64,000 bases of DNA from an uncultured delta proteobacterium (GTDB lineage: Bacteria > Myxococcota > Myxococcia > Myxococcales > Myxococcaceae), in NCBI GenBank assembly GCA_963713045.1, contig CAVQKE010000001.1:1-64000 (forward strand), written 5' to 3'. Both the position numbers and the translations under genes were made by a program. Numbering within the stretch: position 1 is the first letter of the stretch; the number at the start of each line of letters is the position of its first letter. Under the pieces are notes generated by a model that searched no databases, was not told where the DNA came from, and saw only the letters and a program-made list of their open reading frames with translations. Positions 21,773-31,758 of this stretch are shown piece by piece.

Positions 21773-24643
21773 ATGACATCACAACACAAGGGACTGTTCA
21801 ATACCAGCGGGGCGGGACAAGGGTTCCGGAGGTTTCACCTGGGGAAACGGAAAGCGTTCGCCAGGGCCAGGCGAGCGACGGCGCGGCGTGTAATCCCGAT
21901 CCTGACCCCCCTCGAGCAGCGCCAACTGCTCTCGTTTACTGCGACCTGGGTCGGTCAGAATGGGAGCGATTTCGTCGGGACCGTGGCACGGTCCCCCAAC
22001 GATTACCAGGACGTCGTCATTCACCTGTCCGGCCTGAAGACCACCGTCTCCGAAATCTACGTTCAACGGTACGGTGGAGATATCTGGGATTACACGCCCA
22101 GCAGCAGCTCGAATGCCTTCTTCCAGACGGACTCGAGCGATCAATCCCAGGGCGAGCTGTACCTCGAGCCCTACCACACCGACGTGCCGGTGTTTGAACT
22201 GATCAGGGTCACCTACCAAGACGGGACGTCTGAAGATTCGACCCTGTCTAATACTGGACCCGTCGACGCCAACCTGCGTGATCCCGGCCGAGGGCTGTCG
22301 GCCCAGTGGCTCGGGCAGGACGGCAACGATTGGACCGGGAACGGCCCTTCAGTCGGCCCCGACGGCATCCAGGATTTCCACCTGAAGGTGTCCAACATCT
22401 CGACAGGGGGGACCGTGAGCAGCCTCGTGCTCACCGCCAACTCGGGCCCGTCGGCCCAGTCCTGGCAGATCGGGACGAACCCCCAAGGTTATTCGAACGC
22501 CGAGCTCCTGAACCGGGTGACCTCGGGCGGCACGGACACGGCGGATTACTTCGGTAACCCCAGCTCGAGTCTGAGCAACGGCGCGCCCCTGACTCTGCAA
22601 CTCACCTACTCGGACCAGAACCGGGGCGGCAAGACAGACACCGTCCCGATCTCGGCGGGCCTCACGGTGGGCAATATCAATCCCACGCTGGCGATGCCTC
22701 GCGTCTCCGTGGCCAACTTCGCCGCGGCGTCGGCCCACAGCACGGCCCAAGACGCTGGTTACCCTGGCTCCTCGCACATCGTTCTCGACACCCTACCCGT
22801 ACGCGAGACGACGGCGTCGGTCCAGGCGGCAGTCCTCAGCGATCAGGCCGGGACGACTTGGGTCTACGGCTCGCCCACCCCCTATACCGGCGCCTCCCCC
22901 TTGCTGATGAGCTACAATTCCGGCACGTTTTCCTTCCCGCCCGTCCGCGACGAGAGCTCGGCGACGTTGACCTTGCGCCTCCTCTTCAAGGACGGCAAGG
23001 AGGCTGTGGCCCGGTTCGCTGGCACGGCCAGCGACCTCAATCGTCGCGACACGCCCGTGGGGACGTCCATAGCGAACGTCGCCACGGCAGCCCAGCTCGT
23101 CGATGCCGTGAGCCGCCAAGTCGCCAACATCCATCTGGCGGCCGCCACTTATTTCCTGGGCGCGCCACTCAACTTGAACTACCCGGTCAAGATCACCGCT
23201 GACCCGGGGGCCAGCCTGGTGTTCATGCCCAGTCCGAGCGATCCGTCGTGGACGAACGCCTCGGGGGCCATCGGGGTCTGGGCCAGTCACGTGTCCCTCG
23301 GCGGCTTCGCCATCAGCTTCCAGGGGGACTCGGCCTCGTGGGCCTATACAGGGAGCACGACGCGGGCCGTCATCCAATCGGCCGGCAACGGCAACGGGGG
23401 GAAGGTGGATCTGTCCTTCACCAACCTGAACATCCAGGCCCCCGCGGCGCACACCGCCGGCGAGGAGGCGGTCCACCTGATGAACTTCGACTCCTCCGAC
23501 AGCGGCCAGATCGTCGGCAACACCCTGAAGGGGGGGACTATTAGCCTCTGGAACGGCCCCTGGCAGCTCCTCAACAACGACTACCAGGGCACGCCCCCAA
23601 ATACAGTCTCGTACAGCGTCTTTTTCATCAGAAATGAGCATGATGTGTCGATTCAGGGGAACCACATCCATTCGGTCGCACCCGCGGGGGTGACCTACCG
23701 GTTCCTCCTCTTCGGGGCCAGCGACACGGGACGGGGCTTCAACGATGTGATCCAGAACAATACGGTCGACGGGGGTATTGGCCGGCCGACCACTGACAGC
23801 TCCAACAACCCCGAGATGATCCTGACTGAGCAGTTCCAGCCGCGCTTCGAGGGCAAGCCGTCGGTGATCTCGCCCAACCGCTACGTCGTTCAGGTCCCCT
23901 ACATGCGAGGCCCGACAGCCATGACCGGCGATGTGGTCGCGGTCCTGTCGGGCTCGCAGGCCGGCCAGTGGCGGCTGATCGCCCAGGCGCTCAGCCCGAC
24001 CCAATATCTCCTGGACAGCCCCCTGCCTTCGGGCAGCCCCGTCATCGCGATCACCCGGGGCTGGATCAATGACACCTACCAGGGTAACACGATCGACCTC
24101 ACCGGCACCAACCCGGGCAACGCCGCCCTCATTCTGGGGGGCAGCCATTTCAACACCCAGGTTCGCAATAACACATTCAAGGGCGCCACGGCGATCAACA
24201 TCTCCGCCACCCCGACCGAGGGGGCCTTCTCGGGGACGAACCCACCGGACTGGGGTTGGACTCACTTGCCGATCTTCGGGGTCGCGATCGACGGCAACAC
24301 CTTCCAGGATGCTGGCCTGTCGCTGAACGTCGACCACAGTCGGTACATTAAGTCGAACAGGGGGCGGGTCTATTTCACGGGCTCGTTCACGAATAACGCG
24401 ATCACGTGGTCCACGGGATCCCAGCCGGCCGCCATCGTGGGGATCCCCGCGCAGAACGGGGAGCCCGCCTATACGTCCCAGAACTTCCCCTGGCTGGACG
24501 ACGGCGAACTGGTCCTGAACCTCCAGGGCAACTGGGGAGTGAGGTCCGACGGAGTAGTCGCCGCGACGATCCAAGTCATCGCCGCGACGATCAATCAGGG
24601 GGCGATGGAGAACCAGACGCTCATCCTGCCGACCAGCCCATGA
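21773..24643 (+). CDS. Large planctomycete secreted protein: LEPR-XLL-type leader, two repeated WxGQxGxD domains, right-handed beta-helix
   Basis: LEQRQLLS motif; WVGQNGSD and WLGQDGND repeats; many (I/V)xxNT parallel beta-helix repeats. Confidence 0.7.
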   Translation: MTSQHKGLFNTSGAGQGFRRFHLGKRKAFARARRATARRVIPILTPLEQRQLLSFTATWVGQNGSDFVGTVARSPNDYQDVVIHLSGLKTTVSEIYVQRYGGDIWDYTPSSSSNAFFQTDSSDQSQGELYLEPYHTDVPVFELIRVTYQDGTSEDSTLSNTGPVDANLRDPGRGLSAQWLGQDGNDWTGNGPSVGPDGIQDFHLKVSNISTGGTVSSLVLTANSGPSAQSWQIGTNPQGYSNAELLNRVTSGGTDTADYFGNPSSSLSNGAPLTLQLTYSDQNRGGKTDTVPISAGLTVGNINPTLAMPRVSVANFAAASAHSTAQDAGYPGSSHIVLDTLPVRETTASVQAAVLSDQAGTTWVYGSPTPYTGASPLLMSYNSGTFSFPPVRDESSATLTLRLLFKDGKEAVARFAGTASDLNRRDTPVGTSIANVATAAQLVDAVSRQVANIHLAAATYFLGAPLNLNYPVKITADPGASLVFMPSPSDPSWTNASGAIGVWASHVSLGGFAISFQGDSASWAYTGSTTRAVIQSAGNGNGGKVDLSFTNLNIQAPAAHTAGEEAVHLMNFDSSDSGQIVGNTLKGGTISLWNGPWQLLNNDYQGTPPNTVSYSVFFIRNEHDVSIQGNHIHSVAPAGVTYRFLLFGASDTGRGFNDVIQNNTVDGGIGRPTTDSSNNPEMILTEQFQPRFEGKPSVISPNRYVVQVPYMRGPTAMTGDVVAVLSGSQAGQWRLIAQALSPTQYLLDSPLPSGSPVIAITRGWINDTYQGNTIDLTGTNPGNAALILGGSHFNTQVRNNTFKGATAINISATPTEGAFSGTNPPDWGWTHLPIFGVAIDGNTFQDAGLSLNVDHSRYIKSNRGRVYFTGSFTNNAITWSTGSQPAAIVGIPAQNGEPAYTSQNFPWLDDGELVLNLQGNWGVRSDGVVAATIQVIAATINQGAMENQTLILPTSP

Positions 24644-24793
24644 CCACGACCACCGCCAGTCGAACGAATTCTTAATCAAGCGTGGTCCGAGGCCTGAGAG
24701 GGGAAGGGAAAACGGGACATCACTAAGCCGGTGGGGTCTGACCCCCAGGACCTCTCGACCCCCAGGGCTTCTCTGTTTCTGCTCCCGTGTGAG

Positions 24794-25627
24794 TTAGTCA
24801 GCTCCCGTGTCTGGAAACACGTCCGGAGCATCTTGCGCATCCGCGAAGTCCGGATTGGACGACGTAGAGAACGACGTCACCTCCGCGGCTATGGCGTCGA
24901 GATCTGGAAACAAAAGGTCCTGGGTGAGCATGTGGCTGGACAACTTCAGCTTGGCCTCAAAGATCACAGACTCTGAAAGAACCACTTTGGTATGGAGGAG
25001 GTGCTCAGGCAAGGAAGCTGATATACGGCCTGGAATCAAAAAGCAACCGCGCTGCGCGGCGATGCGCGGATGAAGCCCCGGTGGTCGCACGACTGTCGCG
25101 CCGTCGTGCTTGCGGGCCTTGACGTAGGGCTTGTGCGTCGGGCCGGCATACTCCGGAAGGTCGCTACGAACCCGGAGACAATTGATATAGCGTCGGTCAA
25201 CGATCCAGATGGCGCTGTCGTCTGACGCGTTATGTACAGCGAAATACGCGGCGACAAGCGGATGCTCTGTAAAGTCGATGACTCGGGTGGGAACGCTATG
25301 ATGGCGCATCAACGAGAGAATCTCGAGAAGACACAAGTCATCATAAAGCCTGGGGCAGAGACGCAGGATGCGTTCCCGGAACGAGCGGTACATCTTGAGT
25401 TCACCGCGGCGCCACTCGTCCGGCTTCACTGGAGGGGAGTGCGCGAGGAGGTGTCGCGCGAGACTTGAGAAGATGGGCCACGTTGCGCTGCTCTGGCCGC
25501 GAAAGACGAAGCGAAAGCCGTCGGAGGACTCCGGAAGCCTCTCGTCCCACGGAAGCCTCTCGTTCCATGCGGGCAGCGTCGCCCAACGTTCGAGTTCAGA
25601 CCAGCTCGAAACCGCGTGTGTGTCCAT
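24794..25627 (-). CDS. FRG-domain protein
   Basis: FVFRGQ, RHHSVPTRVIDFT..LVAAYFA, RIAAQRGCF, LFPDL. Confidence 0.88.
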   Translation of the reverse strand: MDTHAVSSWSELERWATLPAWNERLPWDERLPESSDGFRFVFRGQSSATWPIFSSLARHLLAHSPPVKPDEWRRGELKMYRSFRERILRLCPRLYDDLCLLEILSLMRHHSVPTRVIDFTEHPLVAAYFAVHNASDDSAIWIVDRRYINCLRVRSDLPEYAGPTHKPYVKARKHDGATVVRPPGLHPRIAAQRGCFLIPGRISASLPEHLLHTKVVLSESVIFEAKLKLSSHMLTQDLLFPDLDAIAAEVTSFSTSSNPDFADAQDAPDVFPDTGAD

Positions 25628-25668
25628 TTCGTGGTCTCCTTAACGAGCCTGGAGCTATATCCAAGACT

Positions 25669-25717
25669 GGAAACGGGGACGCAGCTAGTTATTGATTCTA
25701 GCTGCGTACCCATTTCT
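25669..25717. repeat. REP/REPIN-like palindrome between the nuclease and FRG genes
   Basis: gaaacggggacgcagctag-N9-ctagctgcgtacccatttc. Confidence 0.75.
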
Positions 25718-25736
25718 ACTCCCAACAGAAGGCGGA

Positions 25737-26522
25737 TCAGGATTGCTTCAAGATAGCCAAGAACTTCGCCACGACCGCCCCGGCATTCTCAAAACACTCG
25801 CTCGCATCGAAATGCTCTACAACTAGGATACCGTGGGATTTGAATAAACGATCTCGCTCATGATCGTGAACAGTTCTTGATGGAGGATGGAAAGGCTCTC
25901 CGTCCACTTCAAGAATGCCCCATTTGCCTTCGTTGCATACAAGGAAGTCGGCTTCTCGGTTCTCCCGCCCGAGTGGGGTATTCAATCGCCCGCGACAATT
26001 TGGGAGAAAGAAGACGCCTGCTGCGTCAAGCGCCATCGCTATTCGCACTTCGCTCACCGATCGGAATCGAAGGTCCTTCCAGGTTCGCACTTTGGCTTGT
26101 GCTTGGTCCGCCAGCTGATTATGGGTACGCTTTCCTCGGGCGATTTCAAGCAATTCGGTACACCATGACGGATCGATATCGACTAACTCTCCGCTAATCA
26201 CTACGTCTTTGAGAAATATGTTTGGAGGCAATATTGCTTTTATGGATCTTTGGATAGACTGACTTAGAGGGTTATCCGAATCGGTTAGAATGTCGTAGAC
26301 GCTGCGCGGGCATTTCAGGTAGATCCAAATATCATGATATCCAGTATTAATATACTCATCAAATTCTGCTAAATATTTGTATGTTGACTTAATCTCAAAT
26401 TCAAGCAAGCATGACAGGAGCATGCTTGCGGCATCTTCCTCCCCCCCTTGGATGAGAAATTCAGCAGCGCTGGCAGTCAAACGCTCGTCAGTCTCTCGCT
26501 CATTATCAGGCGGCAGCGGCAT
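25737..26522 (-). CDS. Hypothetical protein with a C-terminal DUF559/Vsr-like PD-(D/E)XK nuclease domain
   Basis: RS.SE.., EADFLV..GILEVDGEPFH..DHERDRLF..G; lower GC than the flanking DNA. Confidence 0.6.
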   Translation of the reverse strand: MPLPPDNERETDERLTASAAEFLIQGGEEDAASMLLSCLLEFEIKSTYKYLAEFDEYINTGYHDIWIYLKCPRSVYDILTDSDNPLSQSIQRSIKAILPPNIFLKDVVISGELVDIDPSWCTELLEIARGKRTHNQLADQAQAKVRTWKDLRFRSVSEVRIAMALDAAGVFFLPNCRGRLNTPLGRENREADFLVCNEGKWGILEVDGEPFHPPSRTVHDHERDRLFKSHGILVVEHFDASECFENAGAVVAKFLAILKQS

Positions 26523-26812
26523 CGCTTAACAACTCCTCGCGAAATCAGGGTAACGGCGATTCAGGCAAGGATTGCCTGCTGGGATGCATCATCTCGCGCG
26601 AAACATTCACTGTCAATAGACACGGACCCAGAGTTCCGGGGGACACCATACCTAACTGCTTGGTTGCGATTCGTAGCATCTTCTCGACCTGTAATGCGTT
26701 ATGTCAAGGAGGTCTTCTGAGATTACTCGATGTTCCACCATCGGTCTGCTACCCCAGCGGGCATCGCTGACAACGGCGAAGTCCGAAGCCTGGGGAACAA
26801 CGAGCGGCTTGG

Positions 26813-26860
26813 CGGGGTCAGACCGAGTTTCAAGTTAACTTGAAACTCGGTCTGACCCCG
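26813..26860. repeat. 48-bp perfect palindrome, same family as 16027-16074
   Basis: cggggtcagaccgagtttcaagtt|aacttgaaactcggtctgaccccg. Confidence 0.9.
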
Positions 26861-26869
26861 AGGTCCTCC

Positions 26870-27028
26870 CGTAGCGTCGACCAGAGCATCTACGGCCTCC
26901 TCACCCTGCGGGACCTCGCCGTCCTGACCGAGGAATGGGGCGACCGCGCCGAGGCCCGCCGGCTCTGGAAGCTGGTTCTCGACGTGTGCCCGGGCGATGC
27001 CGAAGCTAGGGCGCACGGGGAAGCATAG
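26870..27028 (+). pseudogene. C-terminal TPR-like gene fragment (resembles tails of planctomycete TPR glycosyltransferases)
   Basis: SVDQSIYGLLTLRDLAVL..GDRAEARRLW..CPGD with no matching 5' part. Confidence 0.4.
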
Positions 27029-27170
27029 CTGTAACTGGAGGATCTCCGGGCCAGGCAGTGTCGGCGCGATGCACTCAGCTCCAGGCAGAGAGGTTTCAAG
27101 AAACACCGCCAATCCCGCTCCGACAATGAAACGGCCCTGGGCCCTCCGTGCAGGAACGGCCACCCCGTGC

Positions 27171-28180
27171 TCAACCCATGAAGAGCACCAAGCCGAGCCC
27201 CGCCAGGATCAGACCGCTGAGCAGACCAAGCTGCGACTCCCACGACCTGGTAACAGACGAAAGAATTGCCGACTTGAGGCGGGCTGCCAGCAAACCCACA
27301 CCGACCAGGACGGCGGCCATGCCGGCTCCGAAGGCGATCACGAGCAAGACCCCGATCGCCAGTCGACCGAGAGCCGCGGAGAGCACGACTAAACCGACCG
27401 CATCCCAGCAAGGAACCAGGCCGCCTGCCAGGCCCAGGCTCACAAGGCTGGCAGACGACATGGCGACTGGGGGCGTCTGGCCTTCGCCCTTGTGTTCTTT
27501 CCACCCTCCCAGATATCGACCGATCCTCCAGAATCCTCCCGCGGCTATCGCAAAACCGGCCGCCTGCATCAATCCTTGGTGCAGCGCAGCCACCTGCGAC
27601 GCGCCTGTCCACCAGAGGAGTGCGGCGATCGCAAGCACACTGCCGGTGTGAGCCAGCGTGGTGACCAGACCCAGTAGTGCCGGCTGGTACCAGCGAGCCT
27701 CGGGTTGCAGGGCGATTGCCGATACAAGGGTTTTGCCATGTCCTGGCTGGATGGAATGAATGGCCCCCAGACCCGCGGCGATCAGAACCAGGCCGATCCA
27801 TGAAACGCCGGACCGGCGGTCCAAAAGGCGTGAGAGCTGAGTGGTCCGGCCGGGCTCGGTTGGAATCGTCTGGCCGCCCCGGCTTACGGAAGTCGACGCC
27901 TCGTCGCTGGTCGCGACCTCTCGAGATGGCACGGGCGTGCTGCCTGCGACCGCGCTGGATGCGCTGAGGTCGGTCGTCCGGAAGGCGATCTCCGTCTGCC
28001 GGGTCCTGCGCTCTTCGTCGTCGCCGAGCTGCCAGACCGGCCGGATGGGAATCTGATCGACATCCGCCGGAAGAGTGTCGCCGTCAATCTGCACGCCCTC
28101 GCGGCGCGCACGGCCAGCCGGCTGGTACCCTCGCTGGAGGAGTAATTCGTGTCATGGATTGACAGCAGCCGCTCGGGCAG
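27171..28180 (-). CDS. RcnA/HoxN-like Ni/Co transporter; 5' end cut at the junction, frameshift near 28100
   Basis: HSIQPGHGKT, HTGSV and GLVPC motifs; multiple TM segments. Confidence 0.8.
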
Positions 28181-28650
28181 GCCTTCAGCGCCAAGGTCCG
28201 GTCGTATTGGCGCTTTCCGTCCACCTCTTGGACGATGGCCTTCTCCACCTGGGCCTTGGCCGCGACAAAGTTGGCGCGCGCCTGGTCCACGCCCGCCTGG
28301 TAGAAGACCGGGTCCAACCGTGCGATGAGCTGTCCCTTCTTCACCACCGAGTTGTAGTCGGCGAGAAGCTGGGTAATCTGGCCGCTGACTTGGGCGCCGA
28401 CCTGCACGGTGACCAGCGCGGAGAGGACGCCGGTCGCGGTGATGCGGGCCACCACCGGCCCGCGGTCGACCACGGCCGTCTCATAGTTGAGGGGCGAAGG
28501 CCGCCTCAACACGCGCCAACCCCCGGCGGCAGCCACCGCCAACGCGATGAACACCAGCGGCCAGCGCCAGCGCCGGAAGCGAGCGGCCAGGCTGGGAACC
28601 TCGGTGGCGAGGCCGGGCAAGGCGGTCGAGGCAGTCTGGGAAGGACTCAT
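28181..28650 (-). CDS. Efflux periplasmic adaptor (MacA-like), 3' truncated at the junction
   Basis: TM segment, then ATG.L..VQVGAQVSGQI..DYNSVVKKGQLIARLDP; family-like sequence stops after RTLALKA. Confidence 0.85.
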
Positions 28651-28737
28651 GCGGGTGTTACCAGGGGTTGTGGCATCCAATAAATGCGAGGACATGACAA
28701 GACACCCGAAGTTGCCAATCCGTTAGAGTTCTGCTCT

Positions 28738-29709
28738 ATGGCCGGCATGGTTCTTCGCTACTCGGCGGACCGACGGACCATGGCCTGGGCTGCGGCCATG
28801 CCAGTCGTCGCGCTCGCCCCCTACCTCTGGCCGAGTCTGGCCACCTGGCTGTGGCCACTGAGTTGTTACCTGGCCCTCTCGGCCGGCGTCATCGCCCACA
28901 ACCACAACCACTGTCAGACCTTTAAGAGCCGGCGGCTCAACTCCATTTTCGGCCAGTGGTTGAGCATCTTCTACGGCTACCCCACCTTTGCCTGGGTTCC
29001 GACCCACAACCTCAACCACCACAAATTCGTCAACCGGGCCGGCGACGCCACCATCACTTGGCGGTACACGAAGAAGCATCACTTTCCGATGGCCTTCGCC
29101 TTCCCCTTCATCGCCGCCGTCTTCCAGTCCACGCCCACCAACGAATACATCCGAAAGGCCCGGGCGACGAAGCCGGCGCTGTTTTGGGAGATTGTTCGCC
29201 AGTACGTGGTCTTCGTCGGAATCCATGTCGGGCTACTATCGCTGGCGGTGGGACTGCACGGGTGGAGGCAGGGCCTGCGGGTCTGGCTGCTGATGTTTGC
29301 GCTACCGGCGGTGTTTGCGCTGTGGACCATCATGTTCTTCAACTACGTCCAGCACGTCCACACCGACCCTTGGAGCGAGCACAACCATTCGCGGACCTTC
29401 ACCGGCCGGGTCCTCAACTACGTTCTCTTCAACAATGGGCTTCACACCGCGCACCACGAAACGCCTGGAGCCCATTGGAGCACGCTGCCCGGGCTCCATG
29501 CGAAGGTGGCCTCCCGAATTCACCCGGAGCTCGTCCAGAACGACTTCTGGGGCTGGTGCGCACGCAGCTACCTGGTGGCGCCATTCGTTCCCTCGATGGG
29601 CACCCGGCAAATCGGCCGCGCGCCCTATGAGGACCCGACGCTCGTCGACGGCCTGGTGACCGCCTCGGTCGAGGCGAGCGAAGCCGGCGTCAACGCCGCC
29701 CGCGCCTAA
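28738..29709 (+). CDS. Membrane fatty acid desaturase
   Basis: His boxes HNHNH, HNLNHH, HTAHH. Confidence 0.88.
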   Translation: MAGMVLRYSADRRTMAWAAAMPVVALAPYLWPSLATWLWPLSCYLALSAGVIAHNHNHCQTFKSRRLNSIFGQWLSIFYGYPTFAWVPTHNLNHHKFVNRAGDATITWRYTKKHHFPMAFAFPFIAAVFQSTPTNEYIRKARATKPALFWEIVRQYVVFVGIHVGLLSLAVGLHGWRQGLRVWLLMFALPAVFALWTIMFFNYVQHVHTDPWSEHNHSRTFTGRVLNYVLFNNGLHTAHHETPGAHWSTLPGLHAKVASRIHPELVQNDFWGWCARSYLVAPFVPSMGTRQIGRAPYEDPTLVDGLVTASVEASEAGVNAARA

Positions 29710-29774
29710 GACGCCCTGCCCCCCCTGCCGCTCTCGCGGCGCCACGGAGGGACGAGCGCCTCCGGGCGGACACC

Positions 29775-30806
29775 TCACGCCGTTTGCGGCTGAGTCCGCG
29801 AGCGCAACAGCGCCTCAATCTCCGGCTGGCTCTTCGGTTGAGCCGAGTCGAGCTCGACGTAGTAGCGAGAGAGCATTCGGTATTGCCGCGCCATCAACAA
29901 CAACCAGATGGTGAAGTAGTCGAGTTTCTTGAAGACGATGGCGGATTCGCTCCGGTAGCGCTCGACGTTCTGCAGAAAGTCGCCCGGCATCTCCGTCCAG
30001 TGCATGGTCGGTTTGACGTGGTGGCCAATGTGGTAACCGTCGTTGAAGCACCGGCGGTTGTAGGCCGAGTTGACGCAGGTAATGCTGTTTCGATACGGGC
30101 TCTCCGGCGTGGAGAGGTCCACAAACGCATGCTGGGCCCAATTGCCGCACATCATCATCACCCGGGTGAAGACGTACGGGATGATGAAGACCCAAAGCGT
30201 CGGGAGGGGCTTCCACCAGGCAAGCGCCGCCACCAGGGCATAGAAGGAGAGTTCTCCTAGCCAGAAACGGCGCAGCATTTTGTAGCGCTTCCGCTTCCAG
30301 TGGTAGTGCGTCAACTCGGCCCAGCCGAAGAAGAAGAAGCGCCCGAAGTAAACCAGAAAGTGCGGCAGGCTGTCGCGACGAAACCGCAGCGTCGAACTCA
30401 AGTCGTCCGCCAGGTTGTTCTCGGCGTGGTGCATGCCGACGTGGTGCGCGAAGTACGAGTCCGGCGTCTCTCCGAAGAAAGGCCCCAATGCCCAGGGCAC
30501 CAACAAGTTGAGTGCCCGGTACTGGCGCTTGAAGAGCGGCCGGTGCGAGGTGTTGTGCAGCATCAGGATGAAGGGCCCGAGGAAGAGCGCGCTGCTCAAC
30601 AAGAAGTAACCAGCGCCCAGCCACCACCGGTAGACCCCCGGCACATACAAGAGGACAGCCAGAGGGACGTTCAGGACGAGAAGCTTCAGGCACAGCCGGA
30701 CAAAGGGGAGGTCGCGCTCGTCATTCAACAGCGGCCGAATCCACTCCTCCCACGGCCAGAGGCGGCCCTCGGGTGAGTGCATGGGGTCAGTCAGGGTAAG
30801 GGACAC
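29775..30806 (-). CDS. Membrane fatty acid desaturase
   Basis: His boxes HNTSH, HHVGMHH, HIGHH; start codon uncertain. Confidence 0.85.
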   Translation of the reverse strand: MSLTLTDPMHSPEGRLWPWEEWIRPLLNDERDLPFVRLCLKLLVLNVPLAVLLYVPGVYRWWLGAGYFLLSSALFLGPFILMLHNTSHRPLFKRQYRALNLLVPWALGPFFGETPDSYFAHHVGMHHAENNLADDLSSTLRFRRDSLPHFLVYFGRFFFFGWAELTHYHWKRKRYKMLRRFWLGELSFYALVAALAWWKPLPTLWVFIIPYVFTRVMMMCGNWAQHAFVDLSTPESPYRNSITCVNSAYNRRCFNDGYHIGHHVKPTMHWTEMPGDFLQNVERYRSESAIVFKKLDYFTIWLLLMARQYRMLSRYYVELDSAQPKSQPEIEALLRSRTQPQTA

Positions 30807-30957
30807 AAGGCAGGACACGTACCACGGCGCCCACCCGGAGTGGCTGCCTTCTCTCGAAAACCTGACGTGGCCCTGACGGGAGGCGGCTGGCCAACCCCCG
30901 GAAATTGGAAGGGCGTCGGCCCTGGCCTCACGGAACCTGCCCAATTGGGCGCCCGTT

Positions 30958-31719
30958 TCAGGCCAGGCGCTTCTGGGCCCAGGCGAGCCTGAGGACGCGC
31001 TCCCAACGTGCGCCGCCAGTCCGGCGAGCAAGCTCGAGAGCGTCGGCGACCAGGCTGGCCATGCGCTTGGGCCCGAGCGCCGGCCCAAGGAAGGAAAGCG
31101 AATGCAGCACGGCTTCCAGCGCAACGGCCGACAACTCGACCGAGTGCTGAAACTCCAGGGCACGCACCGGCGCGCCCCCACTGGCGAGCGCCAGCCATTG
31201 TCGTGCACGGCCCGGGCCCTGGGGCCTCCGCTTCGGATTGGCCTCACGCACCAGCCGCTCCAACTCCCGCATGAAGGGCGTCTCCGCCGGCCGCGGCTCC
31301 ACGGCGGCCGCGGTGCCGCCGGCCACCAGCAACCGAAACGCTTCTCTGCCCGCGGCCTCTGGGTCCACCCAGTGCGCCGCGTCCGCCAGCACCACCAACT
31401 CCGCCGAGGCGGCCACTAGGCCGGTGGACTCGGCCGGTGCCTGCACCAGCTTCACCGCCAAGCCCTGCACGCGCTCGGCGCAGATAGCAAGCATGGCCTG
31501 CGCCGGCTCAACGGCCACCACTCGGGCGCCAGCGCGGGCCAATGGCTCCGCCAAATGCCCTGTCCCTGCGCCCAAGTCCACCACCCGGGCCGCCGGCGGC
31601 GCGAGCGCCAGCAGCCGTTGGACCAGCGCCGCTGGGTAGCCCGGCCGCGCGCGGTAGGCCTCCGCGAGGCCCTCGAAGACACGGGGTGAAGGGCGGCGCG
31701 TCATGGGGAGCCGGGACAT
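30958..31719 (-). CDS. Class I SAM-dependent methyltransferase
   Basis: RPGYP, VVDLGAGTG, VAVEP, AAHW. Confidence 0.85.
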   Translation of the reverse strand: MSRLPMTRRPSPRVFEGLAEAYRARPGYPAALVQRLLALAPPAARVVDLGAGTGHLAEPLARAGARVVAVEPAQAMLAICAERVQGLAVKLVQAPAESTGLVAASAELVVLADAAHWVDPEAAGREAFRLLVAGGTAAAVEPRPAETPFMRELERLVREANPKRRPQGPGRARQWLALASGGAPVRALEFQHSVELSAVALEAVLHSLSFLGPALGPKRMASLVADALELARRTGGARWERVLRLAWAQKRLA

Positions 31720-31758
31720 AGACGACTTGCCTTCGGCCGAGCTAGGAGCGGCGCTAGC

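Noticed and set aside
22793..24679. Long antisense or alternative-frame ORFs (e.g. 628 aa here, 606 aa at 36594-38414, 512 aa at 55015-56553)
   Set aside because: Shadow ORFs of high-GC genes on the opposite strand, with no motifs.
24780..26560. Integron cassette array (GTTAAGC just before the nuclease start)
   Set aside because: No matching RYYYAAC...GTTRRRY attC structures after the genes and no integron integrase in the window.
28084..28695. MacA-like protein with an odd Cys-rich C-terminus
   Set aside because: The tail is read-through across the chimeric junction.
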